From assembly GCA_965209055.1 (NCBI GenBank), contig OZ242374.1:5312001-5376000 (forward strand): DNA of 64,000 nucleotides, given 5' to 3'. The notes beneath the pieces were generated by a model. That model worked only from the letters and a program-made list of their open reading frames with translations, did not search any database and was not told the origin of the DNA. How positions within the stretch are numbered: position 1 is the stretch's first letter; every line of letters begins with the position of its first letter. The position numbers were made by a program, and so were the translations under genes. This DNA comes from Acidobacteriota bacterium. GTDB taxonomy: Bacteria > Acidobacteriota > UBA6911 > RPQK01 > JAJDTT01. Below are positions 9,584 to 18,173 of the stretch, piece after piece.

Positions 9584-9955
9584 TTATTTCTCCATGACGA
9601 GACCGATCAGAAAGCTCACCAAGCCGCCCACGGCGGCTCCCAAGGTCAGCATCAGGCCGACCACCTTCCACATGGTTTCAACGCCCATCTTGTCGGATAG
9701 CCCGGTCTCAAGGGTCTTGATGTCCTTCGCGTGCCGGTGCAGATCTTCCTGGACGCTGTGCATGAGGAGGTCGATCGTTTCCTTGTCCGATTTTTTTTCG
9801 ATCTCGCGCTCGATCTTATCGAGGCGCACTTGAATCTCACGACGATGATCGTCGAGGATGCCGCGGAACTCGTTTCGCCAAGACTCGAAGGTTCGCACGA
9901 GTAGGCGCTCGCTCTCCTTCCAGTCAAAGTGCTGGCCCGGATGTGACTCGTCCAT
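9584..9955 (-). CDS. Coiled-coil protein with C-terminal TM helix (XhlA/holin-like architecture)
   Basis: AAGGAGG RBS; charged coiled coil, then WKVVGLMLTLGAAVGGLVSFLIGLV. Confidence 0.75.
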   Translation of the reverse strand: MDESHPGQHFDWKESERLLVRTFESWRNEFRGILDDHRREIQVRLDKIEREIEKKSDKETIDLLMHSVQEDLHRHAKDIKTLETGLSDKMGVETMWKVVGLMLTLGAAVGGLVSFLIGLVMEK

Positions 9956-11030
9956 GGGGTCCTCCTTGTTGCCACCAAGCGTGGGAAGTCTTGTGGAACG
10001 TCTCTCCACAAATGATTTGGGGCATGGTGTCGGGTTGTGGTTATGGCCTGATGGTTACCCATTCTTCAGCGCCGGCATTGACGGTGTCCCCGGTGTCTGG
10101 ATCGAGTAAGACCGAGTGCTGCGGTCAAAAATAGGGCGAGTGGCCGTAGGTACTTCTTGTGTTCCGGCGTTTTGATTCGTCACGATGCTCGTTCGGGGCG
10201 GATTCCGCACCTGCTTCCCTCCGGATTCCGCCAAACCTGGGGGCCGTTCGTCCAGGACCAGAAACATTCCGGTGTCGTCATTGTCGCCATAGCGCAAGCA
10301 ACGGGAACTCAGCCAGACCAGGTTTCTTTGCCGGAGCGGAACAACACCGGAATCACCCTCCGGTATCGGCCCCAGTGGCCCGAATCGTTGTCGCCGCTCT
10401 CACAGGATCACCATTTGCCTTTCCAACGGTGCATGTCGATCGCTTCATGCTGGTATTGGCTTTCGTATCCAGTTGCGGCTGATGTGGCCCGGCTCAGCGG
10501 GGTCAGTCTTTTGATCTTGATCGGCGTGACGGACAGGGTCGGAAAGAGTTCTTCGTATTCCACGACGAATGTGAAGATTTACCCAAACCGTTGCATGTTT
10601 CGCTGCTGGGAATAAATGCCAATCCCGTCGCGTCAAAAAGTCGCCAACTCGTTTTCCAGACGGGATAACTCGATGGATCTGTGTCTTCCGGTTACTTTTT
10701 GCTGTCTTGGAAGACGAACCGGTTGCTCTCGCGGACGATATTGGCCATCAGCACCTGTCCCTCAATCTGAATTCGGAACGTCGACCGGATCACTCTGAAC
10801 TCGTTGCGTCGGTTTCCGTCCACACTACGATCATCTGTAGGCTCCAGCGAATACCTACCGTCGCGTCGGCAAAAGTGTCGGCCAGACCTCCGGTGCGGAC
10901 AGGGATCGGTCAATCGGCCTAATCTTCAGTCCGTTGAATGTACGGAATCCGGTTTCGCCTGGATTATTCGGTGCGCCGTGGAAAGGCGCTTTCTCTTAGC
11001 GGGTGCGAAACCCTCACGACGACTGTCGCT

Positions 11031-11366
11031 TCAGCCGGTAGCAGTCGGAGGGGGGCAGCAGGCCGGGGGCACGGTCGTCAGGACAAACTCTCTCCCGACA
11101 TGGGTGATTCGGCGTCCGTCTTCACCAGAGTCTGATTTGGCCGTTCCTTTTCTCGGCCCGTTCCCGATAGCGCGCCGCCCGCAGGGCGTGCTGGCAACGC
11201 TCACACAGGGGTCCACGATCCGGGTGTCTGGTTTGCACCGGGTGCAGCAGTGCCGCTCCATCCACTGCCAGAGGGTTTCGGTGAGATCCCCGCAATGGTC
11301 ACAATGCTGTTCACCCGGATCGACTCGAAAGTCTCGGTAGCCGGCGCAGGTTCGCTCGAAACTCAT
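11031..11366 (-). CDS. Possible small Zn-ribbon protein
   Basis: CDHC-x-CTRC motif; ATG overlaps the upstream ORF stop (ATGA). Confidence 0.35.
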   Translation of the reverse strand: MSFERTCAGYRDFRVDPGEQHCDHCGDLTETLWQWMERHCCTRCKPDTRIVDPCVSVASTPCGRRAIGNGPRKGTAKSDSGEDGRRITHVGREFVLTTVPPACCPPPTATG

Positions 11367-11601
11367 CGATGTCTCGACCGGTGCCCGTGTCCAGACTCGC
11401 AGAATTCCCCGCATCGGGAACGGTTCGGACAGTCGCCTCGATAGCCACAGTTCGGGCAGCGATAGGAGTGTCGTCTTCGCAGCCGGACCACCTCCTGCTT
11501 CCTGAGGGTCTCCAGCCGTTCCTCGTGGATATCAGGGACGCGCTCATGCGCCCCATCTTGCCCGTCACGGGTGTCATTTTGGGCCTTCCCGCAGGGATCA
11601 A

Positions 11602-11747
11602 TGGGACGGGAGCGCCCCCCCCAGGGGGTGTTGCGCAGATGTGAATCGCGCAACACCCCCGCGCCCGCACTGGGCGGCAAAAAGGGGGGGTCGCTCCCGT
11701 CCACCTCTATTTTCCCCGTGCGGCCACCCGGTGGCCGGAAATGGGGC
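11602..11747. other. Multi-stem GC-rich structured element (origin or ncRNA candidate)
   Basis: Nested perfect inverted repeats, detailed under findings. Confidence 0.6.
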
Positions 11748-12216
11748 CGTAACTGACTGAAAGAAAAGAAGCTCGGGGAGAGTGCATTTGTGAATCACCG
11801 GGACCGCTTTTTGTGAATCCACCCCCTTTGTCCCATTCACATCCCGGATCGGGCGCGAGACCCTCTTTTCGCACTGCCGAAACGAGCCTCCATTGGCCCT
11901 TGCGACTGCCAAATGCGTTCAACGTCAATCACGACCTGGAAGGAGCGACTTTCCGCCGCTGGTTGCAACTCGACCGCCCGCTTCAGTGCGGCCGTCACCC
12001 CGCCACAAGAGACGAATCGGGGGCAACCAGGTCTTTTTCGGCGTTACCGATGGTCACGGCGGTTTTACGCCCAACTGTCAAAACATTGGACGCGTAGGAT
12101 GGCCCCTGTTGACCTGAAACAGGCGGACGAAGGGTCTGGCGCCTTTGATTCGGAGGCGTGAGAAGGAACCCTGCGCACAATGGCGGCGCGGCGTATTTCG
12201 TGGTAGCGTCCAACCC

Positions 12217-12387
12217 ATGATTCTGGCCCTTGCGCTTCTCCTCGCCGTCGTCGCCTGGGTCTGCTACGCCGTCGCCCGCGCCCTGGACGCGAGTCTTGAA
12301 GAGGCGGACCGCCAGGCGGCTGCGGTGTTGGCAAACGATCGTCGAATCGCATTCACGATGTCTCCGAGCATCGGGAATACGAGGTAA
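12217..12387 (+). CDS. Small single-TM protein, 56 aa
   Basis: MILALALLLAVVAWVCYAVARALDASLEEADRQ. Confidence 0.45.
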   Translation: MILALALLLAVVAWVCYAVARALDASLEEADRQAAAVLANDRRIAFTMSPSIGNTR

Positions 12388-12589
12388 GGGAAAAAAGCGT
12401 GTCGGCTTTCAGGAGCAAAATCTACTGCCTGTTTGTTGCCTGTTCAGCACGCCAGACATGGGGAGTCAACCACTTTACCGATTCGGCGAAGAACCCGGTA
12501 TTCCATTGAAAACGTTAATGTTTAGTAGTTATTGACTGAGGGACGGTTGGGATTGGAAATCGCCCCTCCTTTTGGAGAGTGGAGGGCTG

Positions 12590-13783
12590 ATGGGCCTGAG
12601 AAGGAACGCCATATACCAGCGGATGGGCGTCCGTGAAGTGATCAACGGCCGCAGTTTCAGCACCAAGGTCGGCGGTTGCGTCATGGACCCCGAGGTGATC
12701 CAGGCGATGCAGGAAGCCAGCCGCTCCTTTGTCCGGATCGAAGACCTGGAGGAGGCGGCAAGCAGGACCATCTCGCGGATCACAGGCGCCGAAGCAGGCT
12801 ACGTCACTTCAGGCGCGGCGGCGGGGCTCACTTTGTCCATGGCTGCCTGTCTCACGGGACTCGACCCCGAAAAGATGAATCGCCTGCCCGATACGAGGGG
12901 GATGAAGAACGAAGTGATCATCCAGCGGGGTCACCGCAACGACTATGACCACGCGCTGAGAGCGGCGGGAGCAAGGGTCAAGGAGATCGGTTTCAACTAC
13001 GCCACATTTCCCTATGAGCTGGAGCGGGCCATCGACGAGAAGACCGCCGCCATCTTTTACCTGGCCGGAATCGCCGACGGCAGCCTGCCCATCGCCCGGG
13101 TCACCGAAATCGCCGGAGAAAAAGGGGTGCCCGTCATTGTCGACGCGAGCGCAGAACTGCCGCCACGGGAGAACCTCCGCAGATTTATCGGCCACGGCGC
13201 CGATCTCGTGGTCTTCAGCGGCGGAAAACACATCCGCGGACCCCAGTCGAGCGGCTTCATTTGCGGCCGAAAGGAACTGATTCTGGCAGCCGCACTGCAG
13301 CATCAGGACATGGATGTCTTCCCCGAAACCTGGAGTTTCCGCGAACTGATCGATGAGGGCGTTCTTCCCGGCCCTCCGCACCACGGGATCGGACGGGGGT
13401 TCAAGGTCGGAAAAGAGGAGATCGTCGGTCTCGTGACCGCCTTGACCCGTTATGTGGAAAGGGATCTGGAGGCGGAGCTGCAGAATTGGAAGGAGACCAC
13501 CCATTCACTGGTGGAGGGCGTGAACCGGATTGAAGGTCTGAGTGGAACATTCCAGTTTCCGAAACCGGGCGGCCGGACCGTCCCGGCGGCCCATATCCGA
13601 GTCGATCCGGTGAAGTACGGCCTGGACGCCCATGGCCTCATCAACGCGCTCCAGGATGGCGACCCCATCATCGCCGTTTACGAGAGCTTCGCCGCCAAGG
13701 GCAAGGTGATCATCTTTCCCGAGAATCTGCGGCCCGGCGACGTTACGCTGATCGTGGATCGTCTTCGGGAGATCAAGGCTTGA
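12590..13783 (+). CDS. SelA-like PLP-dependent enzyme (DgaE/selenocysteine synthase-like family)
   Basis: VTSGAAAGL, IVDASAELPP, DLVVFSGGKHIRGPQSSG (PLP Lys), RGFKVGKEE; GGAGG RBS. Shorter than true SelA. Confidence 0.88.
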   Translation: MGLRRNAIYQRMGVREVINGRSFSTKVGGCVMDPEVIQAMQEASRSFVRIEDLEEAASRTISRITGAEAGYVTSGAAAGLTLSMAACLTGLDPEKMNRLPDTRGMKNEVIIQRGHRNDYDHALRAAGARVKEIGFNYATFPYELERAIDEKTAAIFYLAGIADGSLPIARVTEIAGEKGVPVIVDASAELPPRENLRRFIGHGADLVVFSGGKHIRGPQSSGFICGRKELILAAALQHQDMDVFPETWSFRELIDEGVLPGPPHHGIGRGFKVGKEEIVGLVTALTRYVERDLEAELQNWKETTHSLVEGVNRIEGLSGTFQFPKPGGRTVPAAHIRVDPVKYGLDAHGLINALQDGDPIIAVYESFAAKGKVIIFPENLRPGDVTLIVDRLREIKA

Positions 13784-15338
13784 AAATCCGGAACTCTTTG
13801 TCGGCGTTCTTCGATTGGAGTTCGCGGTAGGTCTTGAGTTCCGCTTGCGCCTCATCTTGCCGGCCCAGCCTGGCCAGTACCTGAGCGGCCTGGAAGTGAG
13901 CCTGGGGGAACCCGGGGTCCAATTCGATAGCCCGCCGGCTATCCCGCAACGACGCCGCAAGGTCTCCCCGCGTGAAGAGGATTTTTGCCCGCTGAAAGAG
14001 AGCGTGAACGAAGGCGGGATCGAGCGTCAGGCATTGATCGAAAAGCGCCAGAGCGCGATCCTCTTCGCCCCGTTGGGAGTGGATCAGACCCTGAAGATAG
14101 TAGATGCGCCCGTCCTCCGGGGCCAGCCGGCGGGCCCTCTCGAAATACGAGAGTGCTTGCTCCCGCTGTCCGGCTTCCAGAAATGAACTGGCGAGATAGA
14201 GCAAGCCGGAGCTGTCGGAAGGCCGAATCTCGATCAATCTTGAAAACGTTCGCTGAGCGTCCTCAAACCTCCCTTTGAGTTGCTGAGAGAATCCCATTGC
14301 CCTCAGCAATTGCGGAGACTCGGGAAAGTGCGCCAACGACTGATCGAGGACCGTAATCGCTTCGTCGTAGGCATCGGCCCTCAGAAACAGGAGCGCCAGG
14401 TTGTAGTGGGACTCCTGGTTTCGAGGTTGTAGTTCGATGGCCTTTTCGAATGACTTGCCGGCTTCCACGACTTGACCCAACCTGGCGTTGGCCGCGCCCA
14501 TGAGGTTGAAGTACTCGGCATTCTTCTCGGACTCGGGCCAACGGCTCAGTTCAGCCAGACAGCTCTCATCCTCCCCCTGCTTGAACAGAGCCGAAGCCAA
14601 TGAAAAACTCATATCCCATTTGCCGGGATTGAGTGCCCGGGCTTTCTTGAAACCGGCCACCGACTCATCCAAGCGTCCCGTCTGTTCGTAGGCTGTCGCC
14701 AGGGCGGCCCAGAGTCCGAAGCTGTCGTCACCCAGCCGGTTGGCCCGCTCCAGGCTGACAACCGCAGCCTCGGGTTTTTTCAAGGCCACATAGCATTCCC
14801 CGAGTAGTCGATAGTATTGACGACTCTGGAATCGAGGTTCTTTTCCCACCGCTTCCAAATGGTTGACGGCGCTTTTGAATTGACCCAGCTCCGCGTAGAT
14901 AACGCCCATTCGATAACGGATTTCCGACGAATCGGGACTGAGATCCAGCAACTTCCGGAACTGCTGGAGCGCCGGCTCCAACCTGCCTTGACGGACCCAG
15001 TGAAGAGCCAGATTCCTTCGGGCCTCGACGTAATCGGGCCGCAGCTCAATGGCCTTTCGGAGAGACTCTTCAAATAGTCGAGGCCGATTCATCTTCTGGT
15101 GGATGATTCCCATCAGGTTGTGAGCCTCGGCAACTTGCGGGGCCACCTCCAGGAGTTCCGCCAGGCTGGCAAGAGCCGACTGGAACCGTCCCTTTTGGAA
15201 TGCGTTGAGCGCCTCCGAATAGTGCCGGCGTATGAGTTCGCCCGTAGTCGCCTGCTTTTCAGCCAGACTCCATGGGACAGCAAAGAGGTTGAGGAGGAGC
15301 CAGAGGAGCACAAATGGCGGCCGGGAACCCTTTGCCAT
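13773..15338 (-). CDS. Secreted TPR-repeat protein
   Basis: Signal peptide MAKGSRPPFVLLWLLL; many TPR units. Confidence 0.88.
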   Translation of the reverse strand: MAKGSRPPFVLLWLLLNLFAVPWSLAEKQATTGELIRRHYSEALNAFQKGRFQSALASLAELLEVAPQVAEAHNLMGIIHQKMNRPRLFEESLRKAIELRPDYVEARRNLALHWVRQGRLEPALQQFRKLLDLSPDSSEIRYRMGVIYAELGQFKSAVNHLEAVGKEPRFQSRQYYRLLGECYVALKKPEAAVVSLERANRLGDDSFGLWAALATAYEQTGRLDESVAGFKKARALNPGKWDMSFSLASALFKQGEDESCLAELSRWPESEKNAEYFNLMGAANARLGQVVEAGKSFEKAIELQPRNQESHYNLALLFLRADAYDEAITVLDQSLAHFPESPQLLRAMGFSQQLKGRFEDAQRTFSRLIEIRPSDSSGLLYLASSFLEAGQREQALSYFERARRLAPEDGRIYYLQGLIHSQRGEEDRALALFDQCLTLDPAFVHALFQRAKILFTRGDLAASLRDSRRAIELDPGFPQAHFQAAQVLARLGRQDEAQAELKTYRELQSKNADKEFRIFKP

Positions 15339-15366
15339 GGCCACCTCAGTTTGCCATAGTCGGCCT

Positions 15367-17370
15367 ATGACGCGGGTGCTGATTCTTGCTGCTTGGACCA
15401 TGGTCAATATGGGAGCATCCGCCGCCGAAGCTCCCGGGACTGCGAGTTCGGCCCCGTCCCTCGCGGAAAGTATTCAAGCTTGGCAAGGCTCGAATTCGAC
15501 CCGTGCCGGAGCAGACTTCCAAGTGGACACGCCCTATTGCCGATCCATCTGGGACACCCCCGGATGCACGACGGCGGCGACTCTGCCCCAGGTGGTGATG
15601 GGACCCTTGGGAGAAAATATCTCCCGGACCGAGATCGTGGTCACCAACGCGGGGCCGGTCGGGCGTGCATGCGACCTGGCGCTGCTCTTTCACCGGGGCT
15701 CTTTCCAGGCTCCGCTAGCCCTCTTCAACGGCCGGGCAGCGGAGGGGAATTTCATCCGGACGAACCTGCCTGCCGGGGGAGCCCGCATCCTTACCCTGAC
15801 TCCGGCCGATCCGGCGGAATTGGCGGTGGGAGCGGTTTCGGTCTTCACCAGGGCTCCCTGCTCCGCCGACTCTCTGGACGTTCAAGGCCGGTATCTGCTG
15901 GAACACGAATCCACCGGAGAGATCGACGAGATCTTTTCCGTTGCGGGCCAGCGGCCCGGGGAGTGGCTTTCCGACGGCGACTGCCGGGTCCTGACCGGGG
16001 TCTTCGGCCCCGGCCGGGACGTTGGATTGGCGGTGGTGTCCGGAGAGCCGGGACAAGCTGCGCCGCCCGGCACCGAACTACGCTACCGGTCCTTCGACCT
16101 GGACGGGAACCTCATCGGTGAACCTGGCGGACTTCCCGTTTCCGGAGGGCACGAACCCCAGTTTCCCTGGGATTTCAGCGAGCCCGCCATCATCGAGATG
16201 TGTCTGCGGGTCCCGGAGGTCCAGAGCGGCTTCCGCGCCTCCGTCATCGCTATCGGGATCACCGGGACCGGCGACAACATCCAGTGGAGCGACGAGATCC
16301 TGGTGGACAGTCTGAAGCCGTATGACCGGATCGAAAGTGCTCTGGTCTACGATAGCGATCCGGAAACGCGCCTGGGGGACGAGATCTTCGGCGACGTCAT
16401 CGTCGATTTCGAGAACGACGATCCGGGGCGCAACTCCCATGGGGGTCCCGTCTGCATGCAGTACGCCGACGGCCGAATCGTGGCCTTCCATTCCAATGCC
16501 AGCGACCACAACCTGGACGGCTGGAGCGAGTACGCCTACAGCGACGACGGAGCAAGGAGTTGGCAGAGATACAACAAATTCCCGTATTCCTACGACCAAT
16601 ACCTGCGCGATCCGGAGCATCCGGTCTGGGTCGAGGAGGGCCTGGTCACGGAACAGGGCACCGCCGTCCTGTTCCTGACCCATTTCCTTCTGGATAATTC
16701 CCGGACCGGCAGCGGGATCATGGTCAGCCGCGACCACGGCTCAAGCTGGACCGAGTATGCCCCCATCGACGGCGACTTTACCGGGTATCCGTGCGCGGTG
16801 GCGGTAGACGGCCCGACCAACTACGTCCTCTTCGACAGCAACTCGGGTCACCACGTGCTCTACGTCAGCACCGACGACGGGCAGACCTGGACCCGGCGGA
16901 GTAGGTTGGCGCTGGACCCCGACAAGTGGTACGGCGCCCTGTGCATCATGGAGGACGGCCGCCTGCTTGCCGGAGCCTACACCCACCGGGACGAGGACCA
17001 TTTCTACTACACCATCAGCGGGGATCAGGGAGAGACCTGGAGCCCCCAGGAGAGGGCCTACGTGGACCAGAAGATCCGCGATCCGGAACTGGCCTATCTG
17101 GGGGGTAAATACTACCTGCACGGGCGGTCCGGAAGCGTCGGGGAGGGGCGCGGCCGTTTCGTTCTCTACCAGTCCGACGACGGGATCAACTGGAGCGACG
17201 GGATCGTCGTCAGCAGCGACGTCCGGCATCTCGACGGGTACAGCCACAACTGCCTTGTCGATCGGCAGACCGGCGCGCCGAAAGAGTTGATGGTCCAATA
17301 CAGCATCATTTACGACGGCCGAGACACCAACACCTACGCTTTTTTCATCCGGGCCGACCCGGCGCCTTGA
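15367..17370 (+). CDS. Secreted sialidase/BNR (Asp-box) beta-propeller with N-terminal accessory domain
   Basis: Asp boxes SDDGARSW, SRDHGSSW, STDDGQTW, SGDQGETW, SDDGINW. Confidence 0.85.
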   Translation: MTRVLILAAWTMVNMGASAAEAPGTASSAPSLAESIQAWQGSNSTRAGADFQVDTPYCRSIWDTPGCTTAATLPQVVMGPLGENISRTEIVVTNAGPVGRACDLALLFHRGSFQAPLALFNGRAAEGNFIRTNLPAGGARILTLTPADPAELAVGAVSVFTRAPCSADSLDVQGRYLLEHESTGEIDEIFSVAGQRPGEWLSDGDCRVLTGVFGPGRDVGLAVVSGEPGQAAPPGTELRYRSFDLDGNLIGEPGGLPVSGGHEPQFPWDFSEPAIIEMCLRVPEVQSGFRASVIAIGITGTGDNIQWSDEILVDSLKPYDRIESALVYDSDPETRLGDEIFGDVIVDFENDDPGRNSHGGPVCMQYADGRIVAFHSNASDHNLDGWSEYAYSDDGARSWQRYNKFPYSYDQYLRDPEHPVWVEEGLVTEQGTAVLFLTHFLLDNSRTGSGIMVSRDHGSSWTEYAPIDGDFTGYPCAVAVDGPTNYVLFDSNSGHHVLYVSTDDGQTWTRRSRLALDPDKWYGALCIMEDGRLLAGAYTHRDEDHFYYTISGDQGETWSPQERAYVDQKIRDPELAYLGGKYYLHGRSGSVGEGRGRFVLYQSDDGINWSDGIVVSSDVRHLDGYSHNCLVDRQTGAPKELMVQYSIIYDGRDTNTYAFFIRADPAP

Positions 17371-17387
17371 ATTGGGACGGCGCCGGG
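17358..17387. terminator. Hairpin between convergent genes
   Basis: cccggcgcc / ggcgccggg 9-bp stem; no U-tract. Confidence 0.35.
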
Positions 17388-17431
17388 GCGATCACTCGCC
17401 GGTGTTCCGCCAGATCGCGTTCTTCAAGCCG

Positions 17432-18139
17432 TTACGCAAATAATTGCCAGACTGCGGATCCCACCATGGTGATGGCGACGGCAGGGAGGAGAAATGCCAG
17501 GGTGGCGCCGACCCGGCCCAGGTCCTTGTCGATGCAGTTGGCCCCGATGCCCAGAACGATGCATTGCCAGATGGTGAAGAGGCTGATGGCGTTCATCCAG
17601 GTCCGCAAGAATCCTTCTCCCAAGAAGGGCAGGAGTGTCCCCACGCTGAGGAACGCAAACAGATCGCCCGATTGAACCTGAATCGGAATGCTGACCAGAC
17701 CGCCGACGGAAGCGATGACTCCGGAGATCAGGACCATGGAGAAATATTGCTTGAAACGTCCTTCGCCCCCCAATATGCCTCGAAACAGGAGCAGGCCCCA
17801 AAGAGCGATCAACAAACCGGTGATGATCGTAGTGAACACGATGGAAAGAAGGTTCGTCACGCTGGTCGCGCTGAAGTCTTGAGAATCCAATTCAGCCGCG
17901 GCCGCGTCACCCCCCGGCATCTTGGAGAGCATGTTGCGAGTCGACTGTTCCATGACCTCGTCGGGAATCAGGAATGCGGTCAACACTCCCAATCCCAACA
18001 CCAGGAGCAACGGCCCCACCCAGGTGGGATTCCCGGCCACGGCCCTCATCACGGCCCGAGGCTGGTAGAAGACGCCGGTGGCCCGCTGAAGAAGCGTCAT
18101 CGATTCAGGTTCGGACGAAGCGGTCTCAAAATCGTTCAC
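17432..18139 (-). CDS. Yip1-family membrane protein
   Basis: GVFYQPRAVM...PTWVGPLL start; ~5 TM helices; SLFTIW motif. Confidence 0.8.
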   Translation of the reverse strand: MNDFETASSEPESMTLLQRATGVFYQPRAVMRAVAGNPTWVGPLLLVLGLGVLTAFLIPDEVMEQSTRNMLSKMPGGDAAAAELDSQDFSATSVTNLLSIVFTTIITGLLIALWGLLLFRGILGGEGRFKQYFSMVLISGVIASVGGLVSIPIQVQSGDLFAFLSVGTLLPFLGEGFLRTWMNAISLFTIWQCIVLGIGANCIDKDLGRVGATLAFLLPAVAITMVGSAVWQLFA

Positions 18140-18173
18140 TGTCCCTCTCTCCTCTCGTGCGAATCGTTCGGAC

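Noticed and set aside
12505-12536. dif-like site (xerD is in the window)
   Set aside because: No TTATGTTAAAT-type XerD arm and the spacer is wrong; it fits IHF-like att sequence better.
12590-13783. Calling the PLP enzyme selA
   Set aside because: Lacks the SelA N-terminal extension and has no selB/selC context; kept as SelA-like.
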